Assembly (NCBI GenBank): GCA_030324005.1
Contig: JARDVH010000106.1
Location: 42,740,599-42,804,598 of the forward strand
Reading direction: 5' to 3'
Length of the DNA: 64,000 nucleotides
Origin: Negaprion brevirostris
Lineage: Eukaryota
The position numbers were made by a program, and so were the translations under genes. Positions 1 through 14,531 of this stretch are shown here, one piece after another. The first letter of the stretch is position 1. Each line of letters begins with the position of its first letter. Below the pieces are notes generated by a model, which saw only the letters and a program-made list of their open reading frames with translations, was not told the DNA's origin and made no database searches.

Positions 1-290
1 CAGAAAGAGGACCTTCGGCCCATCGAGTCTGCACTGAACACAATCCCACCCAGGCCCGACCCCCATATCCCTCTAACCTATGCATCCCCTGGATACTTAG
101 GGGCAATTTCTTAGCATGGCCAATCAACCTAACCCGCACATCTTTGGACTAGGGGAGGAAACTGGAGTACCCGGAGGAAACCCACGCAAACACGAGGAGA
201 ATGTGCAAACTCTACACAGACAGTGAATCGAGCCAGGAATCAAACCCAGGACCCTGGAGCTGTGAAGCAGCACTGCTAACCACTGTGCTG
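1..290 (-). mobile_element. HE1-type tRNA-derived V-SINE
   Basis: The reverse complement reads cagcacagtggttagcagtgctgcttcacagctccagggtcctgggtttgattcc (A/B-box tRNA head), then the V-domain gtgggtttcctccgggtactccagtttcctcc and a CR1-like tail. It is the same family as 52036-52347. Confidence 0.85.
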
Positions 291-1859
291 AATGAGTTTT
301 ATGCAGCCTACATGTTAATGATTTTTTTCTGTAGTTTATGAGAGGAACCACCAGGGCCAACATCCCTGGTTAACTAATTAACCTAGAATATCCAGATTAG
401 GAGCCTAACATCTGGCAAGCACAATTTATACAAATTGGTCACCTCAAGCAGATATTGAAGCAACTCCTCTGCAACTCTACTGGCTGACAATCAATAGTAA
501 ATTGTTGATTTTTTATTAACTGTCAAAAACCACTTTTGGAGCCACAGGAATCATAATCAAAGCAACCTCAAGTTAGTTGCTGCAATGCATCCTGCAGATG
601 ATGCATACTGCAGTCACTCCCCTCACTGCTCTGGTAGTCAACTTTTCTTTGTGGTTGTCGGGTCCAGTAAGCTTTTCTGTCCTGAAAGTCTTGAGCTGCT
701 TGATGTTGTTACTTTTGCAACCATTCAGAACAACTGCTGAGTATCCTATCACATTCCTGACTTGGAAACCTTCTAGATTGAGGAAAGGCCTTGATGGAGT
801 AGGAGTAGTTTAACACAGGGTACTCAACCTTTGCCTTCATCCTGGCTGATCCAGATAAGCTTCTGGCAAGTGTTATTCCTGAACATGTCGACAGTGGGGG
901 GGATATGGCAATGGTAGTGCACATATAAAGAAACGTGGAGGTGGCTAGGCTCTCTTTCTCAAGATGATCATTACCTGACAAATCTGTGGAACGAATGTTG
1001 TTTGCTACTAGTTAGCTCCAACTCTAGATACCAGTCACCTCTCACTGTAGGTGGTTTCATTATTGGAGGAGATATGAATGGAGCTATCAACTAAAAAATT
1101 GACAGCTAATTGGAGAGAAAGAAAAGATGAAGCAACTGAAAATGGTTGAGAAATAGATGCTCCTATTTCCTAATGAACTTCTGAAATGATGCTCGACGGC
1201 TGTGGTAACTGGCCTGTGACAACCACTGCCATCTTTCTTTGTAACAGATATACTCCAACCATTAAAGGGTCTTCCACTCAATCCAGCGACTGACTTCAGT
1301 TTTGTTAGAGTGCCTTAGTGTCATGCTCAGCTGATTGTTGCTTTAATGATGAGGGCAATTACTCTTACCTCTCCGCTGGCATTCAGCTCCTGTGCCATGT
1401 TGGGTTGAAGGTTGTGATAAGGATTGGAGCAGTGTGGTTCTGCTGAAAGCATTATGAATTACTTCATTTTTCACTTGCAAAAAGTGGCAATAACCCAGAT
1501 TTGATTTATCCAGTTTTTGGGACAGACTTGGGCGACCTTACTCATTGTCAAAATAGATAAAAATCAAAGAATGCTTATACCACAGAAGGAGGCCAATTGG
1601 CCCCTTGTGCCCTTGCTGGATCACTGCAAGAGCAAAATCAGCTAGATCCCAGAGTCAGAACTTCAACAGTTTGGCTAAGAAAGCAGCTATTCTTATGTAC
1701 AGATCAGCATCACTATAGCCAAGGTGTCATTTGGACGCATAGCCTTTACTGTGCAAATGCGCTCAGCAAGTTCTCATGTGGGGTTAACAAAATTGGCCAG
1801 ATGTGAGTATTTATAATGGCAGACATAGAAGAAGCCAAGCAGCATTATCCACGCAACAG

Positions 1860-2330
1860 TTTTTGCTGAAGATACTTACAAATGCTTCAAATTTGGTGTC
1901 TCAGACACTCAGATAACAGGCTAAGGAACACTAATGGAGAAGCTTTCCCCTCTTGTTTACTGATTTGTGATCCATCAGCATTCTTAACTAGATGTGGTCA
2001 GATCATGGTGCATTGTGCTGATCTGATTGTGTAACTTGTTAGCTCTATCTACAACTTGATGCTTTTGCGGTTTAGCATACATGTAGCCCTAGTGAATCAA
2101 ACCAATTGTGCCTGATGCTGTTCCTGGCCATGTCTTTCTTTATTCCCAATGAATGACAATCTATCTCCTGACTTGATGGGGATTGAGTGAAGGAAACACC
2201 AGACTACAAGACTGTTAATTGTTCTGGGATACAATTTTGCTACTGTTGATTTCTCACATTGTTTGATCAATAATCAGACTTGGGCTTTCATATCTGTCTT
2301 TAGTGTGCCCCATTTAGATTGCAATTGTAT
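1860..2330 (-). mobile_element. Degenerate CR1-group LINE ORF2 fragment (may extend left toward ~540)
   Basis: Aligns by eye to 10380-10700 (same strand) and 40330-40800 (opposite strand), e.g. tgcctgatgctgttcctggccatg vs tgcctggtgctgtcctggcatg. Confidence 0.6.
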
Positions 2331-3037
2331 TTTGCTGCAAGATAGAGGAAGAGGTGAGGTTGTCTTCTTAAGGATATTGTGACGCTCACTTCTTCCAAAT
2401 GGACAGATGGAAAATTATATTCCAGGCAAAACTGAATGCAAGAGATGTTAAATTTAAGGCTACATCAAGTAAATATTGGAAATAAACTGAAGTTGGTCAA
2501 GGTTCATGGCTTTAAAGACTGACTCCTCATGAGTGGTACATCATTATCTTCAAGGGAGCATTTCATGATACTATGTGCAAATAGACCAGTGCTAAGTTTA
2601 TATCTATTTCTTATATAGAAAATGCTAAATATATTGTGAACTTCCTGTGTTTACAAGATCACATCATACTCTTCACCACATATGGTGAGGTTTATGTTTC
2701 CAATTTATTCACTTTATGTCCCACCAGGTTTCCGAATGTGCGCCTTTGAGGTAGACAGCATTGTGAACTTTACAGCAACCCCGTCCCTGCCGCCTCCAAC
2801 TGCGAAGTTCCAGCATGGTTTCCTCCCCTCATTGCCAACCAAAATTACAGCCTACAGGCCCAATACTTACCTCTGCTCACTATCCACCAAGCCTTATAAT
2901 GTGTTCTCTACTAACCAATCTATTCAAAAATACCTTCTTCAAGCTGAATTCCTCCCCAACCCATGGCAAGCAAACATGGCCTCCAGAAATGCTCCCTTTC
3001 CTCCTCTCCAGCTGCCACTTTAAAAAACATCCAAATA

Positions 3038-3114
3038 AACATAAGAACATAAGAAATAGGAGCAGGAGTAGGCCATCTAGCCCTTCGAGCCTGCCCGGCC
3101 ATTCAATAAGATCA
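3038..3114 (-). mobile_element. CR1 LINE 3' end with (AAGAACAT)n tail, running into an N gap
   Basis: aacataagaacataagaaataggagcaggagtaggccatctagcccttcgagcc. Near-identical copies occur at ~15857-15980 (same strand) and 24594-24663 (opposite strand). Confidence 0.75.
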
Positions 3115-5630
3115 NNNNNNNNNNNNNNNNNNNNNNNNNNNNNNNNNNNNNNNNNNNNNNNNNNNNNNNNNNNNNNNNNNNNNNNNNNNNNNNNNNNNNN
3201 NNNNNNNNNNNNNNNNGGTGCAACTTGATGGGCCTCCTTCTACACTGTAGGGATTCTATGAAGATAAAGGGGTAAAGAGGAAAGTAGAGATAAAATGTTC
3301 ATGTATGTTTGTGTGAAAGAGAGAGAGAGGGAGGGAGAGAGAAAGAGAACACCAAATGACAAAAGAAACTGAAGCAATAAACGAAAGGTAAGAGCAGAAA
3401 TAATAGGGAAGGAGAGCGGAGATAGAAAAATTAGCAAACGAAGAAAGCAGGAAAAGGCATCACATATCTTCTGACATATAGGACGGGACCCCTTGGCCGC
3501 ACTTGCCTAAAAATCGGAAAATCCCACCTGAGGTCAACATATATTTCCATAGTCTGCCCACTATGATTCCTGTGGCGGGCAGAATGGCAAAATTTGCTTC
3601 ATAGTGTATCAGCTGTATTTGTAATATTTGCATATACACACATATGCAAAGACAAACTCAGGGGAGGGAAGGAGAGAGGGATCTAAAGGCCATTATTGAA
3701 TTATGAGCAGTCTTGGGAGAAAACAAATTTTGAAATCGGGTAAAAATCTTTTTTCTCAAATTGCCTGATTTGTTTACCAATCACGTTAAATCTATGTCCT
3801 CTGGTTATTGACCCTTTCACCTTTGGAAAATTTCTCTTTTCCATGAACGTAGATGAATAAGCCTGACCACCTCCGCCTCCCTGCCCCCCAAAACCCCAAA
3901 TACGTTGTGGGAGAGATTTTTCAACTTATAGGCTGAGTAAAAGTTAACTGCTGGCGTGCATGTGATTAGTTGCCATTTTGAACAGTTACTGACATCTGAC
4001 GCAAAGAGAGAGCATGACTTAAACTCCTGTACGTCTTCGCAACACAGCCTGTATTGCCTGTTTGATCCCTTGTGCCAGTTACAAGTATAGTCATGTACAA
4101 GATGCATTTGCATTTATTGGGTGAAAAATTGGGTTGGATGCTAATGCAACGATAGCAAGTTGTGGCTGAAAGTGGGTTGTCCAGGCTTTTGGGGGGTGGG
4201 GGACGGTCAACATATTTGCTGCGTACATTTTGACATTGGGGAAATAGGGTTGACCTTTGTGCCGGGTCGAGTTATATGATATTTATCCTATCTGAATCCT
4301 TCATGAATTTGAACACCTCTTATTAATGCCCTCTTCAACTTTCTGCTCCAAGGATAGCAAATTTGGTTTTTTCAGTCTATCTACACAACTGTAGTTCTTC
4401 ACCACTGAAAACATTTTCATAAATTTTTTCATTAGATAGGACGTGAAGGCTTTGGAGAAGATAAAGAGTGGTGCCCAGAACCAGACACAATGGGCATGAT
4501 TTTACAGTACTATGCGTGCTCCAAGACCAGAAATTCCCACGCCAGATCAACACCAGCTACAATTCCTGCAGTGGGTGGGACAGGAAAAATTCCATCCAAT
4601 ATTTTAGCTGGAGCCAAATTAGTGTATTTGCTATAGATTTTGTATAACTTCCTAGCGTTTGTATGCTGTGCCTCTATTTTCAGGGCAATGTGGTGCTTTC
4701 ACTTTGGCCTTTTGAGACACTGTAAAACATTACTTAGCTGATAATTTTAAATAATTTTTGTTCTTTTTCTACTACTACATCCTATACTGTTGAAATCTCT
4801 CCATAATCTGTAATGGGCTTCCCTTTGGACTTGCATTGCAGAATCAGCTCACTATTCCTACTGAACGGTGATACAGCAAAAAAAAAGTCTCATTCGCAAG
4901 CTCTTCAGTATTTATCAAATGATTAGGTGGAGAAAAGGAAGCAAATTCACACCTTTTGAAATCTGTTTCATGGGAGTGGATTCATTACTGAGGAAAAATA
5001 TTTTGTAACAGGTTGAGAAATTTAGCAACGCCTTTTCAAAACAATTTCATCTGAAGTGAACCACTTTGAACAAGAAGATATTAACTAACAGATGTCCTTG
5101 ATTGAGGCAAGATTGGAGATAATACTGAAATTTTACAAGTTGGAATTGACTGTGGCCAAAACAGAAAGCAAAAGTTTCCCAGAGAATGTGCCCCTTCCCC
5201 GAGAGTAAAGATAATTCCATCCTCGCCTGCATATAGTTAAGCAATGAGGGAAGTGATAGTATTCTTACAAGACTTTTGGCAATCCAAAACTCTTTGGAGA
5301 ATACCACTTGTACTTCTTGTCCAGTGGGCCATGGTTCTTCTCTAAAGAATGCCAATGATAAATAAAGAACTGAGAGATTTTAAGGCAGACAGTTTTATGC
5401 TTATTAGGGTGAAATGTGATTACAGCACAATTTAGACTTCTGAATTTGTACACAACCAGAATGACTAAAGTGTCCATCATAGGAATAACTACAATAATAT
5501 TATCAAGCAGAAATACTAAATCATATTCTAGAAATTATGAATGAAATAATATCATTTTAGTTTTATAATCTACAATATGGTAAAAATATTTAGCTATTAT
5601 TAAATGATGGTACAATATTTACTCACTTAC

Positions 5631-7230
5631 CTGTATGGACAAACATGTGTTTCACATAGTTTTGCTTTGCAGTGAAGGTTTTATTACAAAGAGTGCATTC
5701 ATAGGGTTTCTTTTCAGTTTGTCCACTTGTACCCTGGATTGTTGACTGAGATTGTTGGGGATGCAACTGTGTAGTAAAATTTGTAATATTGGGTTGAGGA
5801 ACTGTTATAAATTGTGTCTGTTGGCTTGTCAGTGGTTGTGGCAAGGTGAACTGAAACAGTTTGCCACTGGTAGTGCTCTGAGTGGTGAAAAGTGTTGGTA
5901 TGTAGGTACTCCCAGCAGTGCCGATGACTGGAGTAGTGCTGGTTAAGGTCAGTGGCATTCTCAAATTGGTGGCAAGGGTGTCTGATTGCCTCAGATAAAG
6001 CTGGGTGGTTGTCAGTGGCTGAGTGTTTTGCGTCACTGAAATTACAGAGTTTATCGCAGATTGCTGCAACTCTTTGTCACTTGCGATGTTTCCATCACTG
6101 CTTTGAGGCCCTGTGGTGTCCATTTCAGTTTCATAAGCCCTATCCGGGGAAGAGGGATTTATGCTGTCGGGCTGCTGGCTGTCTTCAGCAGGAAGCTCAT
6201 TCTGTTCGGCTGGTCTTACGTCTGATTGTCCCCCTCTGCTCATGCCAGCAATGAACTGCTGGTCTATTGGATCGGTTTCAGTCCCATTGGAAGAGCTAAC
6301 GCCAGAGTCAAAGCTTTCTCCTTTTGGCTCACTCTCAGTACCTTCAGCTTGGTCAGTATCCTCATTGCACTCTTCGGATTCATTTTGCTCTGAAGTGTTT
6401 TTTTTCTGCTGCCCATAATAATCGTAATCATATTCATCTTCAGCCTCCTGCTTGATGTGAACGTTGCCTGCTATGGTCTGGATACGAACTGGTCGTGGTT
6501 GCTTGCGGCAGTGTGTGGTTTCTGGGGTGGAAAGATATCTCTCCATCTGCTGTGTGCGTTCTTGTATTCTTGTTATCCATGCTGGATCATTTAGATTCTC
6601 TTCTCTCTGCATAACTAGCTGTGTGCTGTGATGGCTGACCACTGGTGCACTGTAGTGGGATCTCTCTCCTGTGCCATTTTGTACTGGCACTCCAGAGCAG
6701 GCATAAAGGGAAGAATAAATTCTTTCGACATTATGCTGTGAGCGAGCTTGAACATAGCCAGATTCTGTATCACTACTCTGCCCCGATGATCCAGACTCTG
6801 GTGTTCCTCGTGGTGTTATTTGGTTCGATTCCCTTGTTGTAGAGTAACCACTGCTCACCACCGTTTGTGAAACAATGCGGGTGCATTCATCAATAACTGT
6901 TTTGATCTGCAGAATGCTGGCTGCTGTGAGGATTTGTAAGGCTTCACTTTGGGACACTCGGAGCACTCCACTGTACATGAAGTCAATCAACTTCTGAACA
7001 GACTGCACTGAGACGACAGATGGAATCTCAATGTCACTGTAGCCCAAAAGCAGTTTGTCTTGGAAGAAGGGGCTGCCAGCGGCCAATACACAGCGATGAG
7101 CTCTGAGCATACTCCCATGGATTCTGACGGTCACATCGCAGAAGTGCCCCCGGTTTCGTTGCTCATTTAGTGTCTCAAGCACAGAGTTGCTGAAGTTGTG
7201 AAGGTTGATACTGTGAATGCGCTCTGTCAT
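5631..7230 (-). CDS. ZBTB20: ZBTB20 main coding exon (BTB/POZ domain, linker, first C2H2 zinc finger); the full exon is 5631-7250
   Basis: The ORF begins [61 protein letters not shown] (ZBTB20 BTB) and ends [28 protein letters not shown]. The acceptor is tattttctgttcaaaaccag|GT (AG at 7252-7251) and the donor is CATACAG|gtaagt (GT at 5630-5629). The remaining fingers must be in an exon outside the window. Confidence 0.98.
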
Positions 7231-9299
7231 TCCCTTCCCATTGATGTTACCTGGTTTTGAACAGAAAATACTTGTTTTTACAGTTTCAGAAAAGTTAGCT
7301 GATGACCTGTGCAGAAAGATAACATGCTACTTTAAGTTAACAATCCAAATGCCTTAAATGAAAACAGTGAAAAAGAAAAACACAAGCAATTAAAAACAAC
7401 ACTGATGGTATTTTACTGCTATTAAAGTTCCAAAATTAATGCAGAACATTGTTGCTCTACAATTGCTTGATGGTAAGGAGAATATTAAAATAAATGTTTA
7501 AAATTAGGAACTGTTATACTTGAGAGTGAATAAAAGATATAATATACAAAAAGAGAGAGTAATATGTCACATTGTAGAAACCAGGATCAAGCATCTGAAT
7601 GATGGAATCAGATGCTTAGTATTACATAAGTATTGATTAACAATGCTTAGAACTATCATATTATTTTAAATGTATATAATTTCAAATTTAGTCTGGGCCA
7701 GCACTAATGCTGAATGCCCATGTGCTCTAGAAGCATGGCGCATATTGTAGGAGATAATAAATTATGATACCATTTCAGGTTCTCCAAATAACATCTGCAG
7801 GTGATTACTGGGATAATCTACATTCAACATCTATTCTATGCCAATAAAGATACTGTTTATCGTAGAAAGATTAATTTCATGTGATCACTGTGAAACAATA
7901 TTATTGGCATTGATGTCAACATTTAAAAATTATCTTTTAAGTCCAACTCTTTAAAAAAGGGCTGGCAGTATTCTTTCTACCTAATCTCCTGTAAAATGTA
8001 CATGCATAATTATTTCAAATAACATATTTTGATTTTATTCAAGTATGTGTAAAAGGTTCATCAGCATTTTCCAGTATTTGTTAAATACCAATATATTGCA
8101 AATTAAATGGATGCTCATGGCTGTGATCACACCAAACACTTAATAGAGAACTAGGAATATATTTGAGCGAGGAAAGGAAAAAAATGAACAAAATGGGTAA
8201 GTGGGAATGATTACAGCCTAATCAAATGATGACAAAATGAATCCAAAGCTTAGGTGATTCATGACATCCAAATCTAAGGATCAAATCATATGATTTGTAA
8301 TCATTCCTTCCTGTCCAATACATTGTATAACATATAGACTAAAATTTGTAGGAGTGCATTTTTTAATCTTTCTTCCCTCCCTTTCCCATAGGGGACAGGC
8401 ATCAATAGCCATGATGCTCCATTAGATTAACATATTGTACAATCATTGTAAGATTACATATTTAATTAGATTTTTAAAAAATACTTCCATAATTAAAAAA
8501 GTTACAAGGGCAGAAGTTTCTCACCACTGCAGATGTATGTGGCCACCATCTTGAAAATCTCCTTGTGTGAAGAAAGAAATTCATGGGCCATCTCCTCTCT
8601 TGCAATTGAGCATATTACTGGAATGATTCATGGAGCTAAGATGTTTGACCTTACTGTATATAAAGACAAAACAAAGTTCAAATACTACAGATCTACTTCA
8701 TATGGTACAATTTTGTACAGCAGCCAACACTGATTTTACCAATTAGATGATTCAAAGCAACAGAGCTAAAAATCTAGCTAAAATTCTTGGTCCAATGCAG
8801 AATTTGCTCACTTAATGACCTAAGGAGGCCAGGAATTTTATTTTTCACCGATACTACGGAGATTCTCAAAATGGTGGTCAGAAATGGAGGATGAGGAAGG
8901 CTGGATGCCAAGAAAGATGAATATTTTTATTAAAGATTGTTGGAGCAATAATGAATTCCAGTTATTTTGTAAATACTGATGGTAAAACAAGATACATAAC
9001 ATATCAAAAAGAAGTTCTGAAGCCCAATTAATACATTTATATGAAATAATATTAACAAAATAATCTGAAATAACCACTGGCCATTTTTCAAAATTACAAT
9101 AAACACAGCACCACAAATTATAAATCAAAAGCTCTGATTAGAATTTAGTCTAGGAAATTTGACAAATTTTCATTGTTAGTTTTGATTTCTTATTCATTCC
9201 AATGGGATAATTAAATAGAATTTCACCAAAACAAAAATAATACAGAAACAGGAATACAGTTTTATAGCTTCACATGTATGCTGACAACAGACAGCTCTA

Positions 9300-9750
9300 C
9301 CTCACTTCCACTGTTACTGCTTATCAGACATCCAGCGCTGGATGAGTAGAAACGTCCTCCAATCATACATTGGGAGGACGCAAACCATCATCTTTGCTCC
9401 CTGCTCCGAACTCTGCTCCTCACCTACTGACTTCATCCATCTCCCTGGCAACTATCTGAGATTAAATCCGACCTTTCACAACATTGGTGTCATATTTGAC
9501 AGTGAGACAAACTTCTGAACACATATCTGTTCTATCACAAACACTGCTTACTTCCACCTCCATGACATGGCCAGACTTCGCCCCACCTCAGGCCACCTGA
9601 TGCTGGAATCCTCATTTGTGCCTTTGTTACCACTAGATTTGATTATTCCAACACATTCCTCATGTTCTCTCACAATCTACCTCCGTAAACCCACGGTCAC
9701 CCAAAACCCCACTGCCCAGGTCTTCACTCAAACCAAATTGCCTTTCACTG
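9300..9750 (+). mobile_element. L2-like LINE RT C-terminal fragment
   Basis: Typical L2 motifs: cttacttccacctccatgacatggccagacttcgccccacctc and gttaccactagatttgattattccaac. Similar to 18150-18785. Confidence 0.6.
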
Positions 9751-10029
9751 AAGGAAATGTGAACGCTCTTATACTTCTTGCATCTTTTACAGTTTCCATA
9801 CCTTTTGTATTATAAATTGTGTGTGTTTTGAATAAGGGTTAATTCTAAATGTATACTTGACATACTTGAATAAGATCTGTGCGACTTAGAATCGCAGAAT
9901 CTCTACAGTACAGAAAAAGGCCATTTGGCCCATTGAGCCTACACTGACAACAATCCCACACAGATTTACCCTGCTAATCTCCCTGGCACTAATTGGCAAT
10001 TCAATTGTACATTGTGGAACATTGGTACA

Positions 10030-10780
10030 GAGTGTGTATACCATCAGGTAAATGCCAATATTGCAGTTGTACTGGAACAGCTTGGCTAGTGGCATGATTT
10101 GTACAAGTCTTCATACTACTGATGGAATGTTGCCAGAGTTCATGGCCTCTTCATTGCCTTTAGCTGTTTCTTGATACGAATCGAATTGGCTGAAGCCTAG
10201 CAAAAGTGATGCTGGGGCCTCTGGAGGGGGCTGCAATGGATTATCCACTTGACATTTCTGGTTGCAGATGGCTGCTAATACTTATGCATTGTATTTTGCA
10301 CTAGGCTAGACTCCCCCTTCATTGAGGATGGGGACATTTCCTGCTTTGGCTAGTTGTTTAATTTTCCACCACCATTCACAACTGGATGTGACAGGATTGC
10401 AGAGCTTTGGTCTGATCTGTTGATTGTGGGATTTCTAAGTATTGTCTATTCCATGCTGCTGCTTCTGTTTGGCATACAGCTAGTCTTATGTTGTAGTTTC
10501 ACCAGGGTAAGACCTCATATTTAGGTATGCCTGGTGCTGTCCTGGCATGCTCTCCTGCACTCTTCATTGAGCTACTGATCATTTCCCACTTTGATGTGAT
10601 ATTACAGTGGGAAATATGATGGCCATGAGGTCACAGATTGTGGCTGAACACAATTCTGCTGTTACTGATGGCCCACAGCACCTCACAGATATCCAGTTTT
10701 GAGCTGCTAGATCTTACCTAAATCTATCCCCTTTAGCATGGTAATAATGCCACACAATAAGTTGGAGGATATCCTCAGGG
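10030..10780 (-). mobile_element. Degenerate CR1-group LINE ORF2 fragment
   Basis: Reverse-complement homology to 40300-41000. Confidence 0.7.
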
Positions 10781-12622
10781 ATTTTAAAACCAAAGCCCAA
10801 CCTGTCTCTTCAGGTGAATGTCATAGCTCAATGCTTCAGTACATTTTGAAGAAAACAGGTCATTCACCCCAGTCAATTGTAACTAGTAAAGGATATTGGT
10901 AGTTCGGTTCCAAACAGCTAGAGAAGATGGATGATAGAAATATGGCAAATGGGACATTGCTTTCAGAAAATAAAAGCATGGATAGGGGTTTCAGCAGCAG
11001 CGTGCAACAGGTAGAGTGGATCTGGGTGATGTTGAAAAGTGCTGTACATAATTGATAGCACATAGGCCCAGAATCTCATTTTTGTTTTGCATAATATATC
11101 AAAGTTTTGTCAAGTGATCTGGATAAAGACAAATGGAGATAAAGCACAGATCAGATTTGTTGTAAAACGGTGCATGGGAGACAAGAGAAAGAGTAGGAGG
11201 AAGAGAAGAAACTAATGTAATTATTTGAAAATCAATAATTAGGAGGGAAAATAAAATCCTTCATAAACACTATGTTACATATCTGTTGCCAAAGTGAGGG
11301 ATATCTCAAATCAGCTTGAAAGAATAATGGAGAGGGAGAAGGAGGAGGGCACAGTGATTTGAAACACATTGAGAGTAAGAGCGGCTAAAGAGTATACAAG
11401 AGGACCTTTTTTTTAAATTTATTTTTTCATGAGATCAGGGTGTTGCTAACTAGGCCAGCATTTGTTGCCCATCCTCAATTGCTCTTGAACTGAATGGCTT
11501 GCTANNNNNNNNNNNNNNNNNNNNNNNNNNNNNNNNNNNNNNNNNNNNNNNNNNNNNNNNNNNNNNNNNNNNNNNNNNNNNNNNNNNNNNNNNNNNNNNN
11601 NNNNGGCCATTTCAAATGGAAGTTAAGATCACGTTGCAGTGACTCTGAAGTCACATGTGGGTCGGACAGGGCAAGTAAAGCATACTTCTTTGCCAAGAGG
11701 ACATTTAGTGAACCAGATGGGTTTTAGTTTAATGACAGTTAATGATAGTTTGCTGAGACTAGCTTTCAGCTCTACATTTATTAACTGAATTCAAGTTCTA
11801 CCAGCTGCCATGGTAGGATTTGAACCATGTCCTCAGAATCATTAATCTGAGCCTCTGCACTACTGATCCATTGACATTATCACCATGCCAATATTTCTCC
11901 CTGACTGGAGAGTTTGGGGAGCACCAGAAAGGAGGAACTACATTACAGAACAGGATCTCAGGAGTTATAATCCCCAAATTATTGCCTAAAGTCCACATAT
12001 AAATTGCTGTAGGGTTAAAAAGATTAGGGGGTGAACACACAGCTGAAAGATTCGGTTAGAAGAGATGAGTCCCAGATCATGGGACACTCTCACCAGTACA
12101 AGTTCAGGAATGAACTGTATAATTAGGATGAGATCCACTTCAGCCTAGCTGGGATCATATAGAATCATAGAACGATAACAGCTCAGGAGGCTGTTTAACC
12201 CATTGTCCCTGTGTTGGTTCCCTGCAAAAGAGCTCAGCTACTTCAACTCCCTTGCCTTTTTCCAGTAGCCCAGAAAAAAAACAATTCTATTGTGACAATT
12301 ATCCAATTCCCAGTCTTAGTGGAAAGAACAACCAGAGCAGTCACAGGAATTACAATCTAGTAAATGAGGGGTGGTAGGATAGCTCAGGTGGAATTCGTAG
12401 TATGACATAGTTCAGAAACAAACGAGAGAGTACTGATCAGACGGAAAACAACAGCAAAGCAATTGAACTAGAAGAGAGGAATAACAAACATGAGTAAAAT
12501 ATTAGAGCAGAATCATGCTTTAGGGTGTGCAGCCCAAATAAGGATTCTTTGCACAAACATACTGAATATAAGGTACAAATTGGATGAATTCAGGGCAAGT
12601 TCAACTTGGAGGGTAAAACACA

Positions 12623-14531
12623 TGTCACAAAGCTATGCTGTTTAGTTTTGAAAATATGATTTTTCATCTTTCAATGGCTGGAAATTTTGCAATTCAAATT
12701 GAGACACAGCAAGCTATTTAAAATGCAAAGCTGCACTCCAAGGTGAAGGTGAGAACCAAATACATCAGCCTCAGGGGACTGTGGAGAGAGACAGTTCCTA
12801 TAATGCAGCCACCCATTCAAACTTGTGCCGAAGGAAGAGATATTAATAATGCAAAATACTGGATATTGAAACACTGGCTGCCACAGGCAGACACACCCAA
12901 AATCTCTTGGAAATTCACACTGGTGAGATATTTCAAGACAAGGCTGCTTAGCCACTGGTGATTGCAAACGATACAGGCAATGTTAAAAAGTCTTCAGCAC
13001 AGGAAACAGGCTTAAGGCTACTCATACTCCCTCTCCCTCTTCTGGAGCAAGTGTGTCACCTGGTTTGAGAAGCCAACTCTACTAATAACCTACCAACGAA
13101 CAGAGATCTTGTAATACTTCCAACATCTACATCTGACCACATCCAAGAAACCAGCTAACAACAGTGTTTAAAATCTATGCCGTAAGGCCAATCAAAAAAT
13201 GACTAACCATTTATCCCTTCACTATTTTTACTACTCGAACTCTCCTGATTACTGATACCTCTGTGATGTGTGTGCATCTCTGTGAGAATGTGCACAACGA
13301 CTGCATGAGGGTTGACTGCTTGATGTCACATTTTTATTATTTTTCTCAGGTTAAGTGGTTAATAAATTTAGTCTTTCTTTGACTGAATAAACCTTTATTT
13401 GATCTGGCCTTATTGTTTCCAGTTTAAACAGTTAAATACATTTATGATTTAGAAAAGCTATATCATTGTGAAAAAGAGGATTTTTTTCACTTGGTCATGG
13501 GATGTAGGTGTCGCTGGACTGGCATTTAATGCCCATTCTTTGGGGCAATTAAGAGTTTCTATAGAGGAAATAGGAGTGGGATACTGGAGAGTATCCCACT
13601 CATGATCAGCCATGATCATGTTGAATTGTGGAGCAGACTTGAAGGGCCAAATGGCTGAGTCCTGCACCTAGTTCTCTAATGTTAACATCGCAGTAGATCT
13701 GGAATCACATGTCGATCAGACCAGGCAAAAAAGCCAGAAATCTTTCCCAAAAAAACGTTAGTAAACTAGATGGGTTTTACAACATTCTACAATGATTTCG
13801 TGGTTAGCGTAAGACTTTTAATTTCAGATTTTCATTGAATTTAAATTCCACCATTCGTCTTGGTGGGATTCGAGCCTGGTCCCCAAGCATTACCCTGGGT
13901 CTGTGGATTACCAGTCCAATGACAATACCACTACACCACTGCCTCCCCCTTAAATTATATAGGTTGTGACCAACCAAGGAGGTTAGATCACAAGATATAG
14001 GAGCAGAATTAGGCTGGTCAGCTCACTGAGTCTGCTCCACCATTAACCATGGCTGATAAGTTTCTCAACCCCATCCTCCTGCCTTTTCCCTGTAACCTTT
14101 GATCTCCTTACCAATCAAGAACCTATCTATCTATCTCCGTCTTATATAAACTCAATGACCTGGCCTCCACAGCCTTCTGTGGCAATGAATTCCAGAGCTT
14201 CACCATGTTCTGGCTGAAGAAATTCCACCTCATCTCGGTTCTAACAGGTCGTCGTTTTGTTCTGTGGCTGTGCCCTCAGATCCTAGTCTCACCTACTAAA
14301 GGAAAGATCATCCCCACATCCACTCTATCTAGGCCTTTCAATATTCTGTAAGTTTCAATGACACCTGCCCTCATCCTTCTAAACTCCATCAAATACAGAC
14401 CCAGAGTCCTCAAATGCTCCTCATACGCCAAGCTTTTCATTCCTGGGATCATTCTCATGAACCTCATCCGGACTCTCCTACATTGAATGGAGGGGAGCTA
14501 GTTCACCCCCTTCTCACCTGGTTGTAAAACA
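12623..14531 (+). mobile_element. Possible solo LTR (TG...CA), itself carrying nested LINE tails
   Basis: Starts tgtcacaaag, has aataaa motifs near 13360-13390 and ends ctcacctggttgtaaaaca. Host CR1 sequence resumes on both sides. No TSD was seen. Confidence 0.4.
13985..14478 (-). mobile_element. CR1 LINE 3' end (ORF2 C-terminus + 3'UTR)
   Basis: ORF 14276-14467 RFMRMIPGMKSLAYEEHLRTLGLYLMEFRRMRAGVIETYRILKGLDRVD matches the CR1 ORF2 C-terminal pattern (YEERL..LGL.SLE.RR.RGDLIE). Confidence 0.9.

Noticed and set aside
5623-5630. Apparent ZBTB20 stop after ...HTGK (truncated one-finger protein)
   Set aside because: The ORF simply reads into the intron past the consensus gtaagt donor. The remaining fingers are expected in a downstream exon outside the window.
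5752-6842. Several plus-strand ORFs overlapping the ZBTB20 exon (and 32120-32719 over the SNRPG copy)
   Set aside because: They are antisense shadows of real coding sequence with no recognisable domains.
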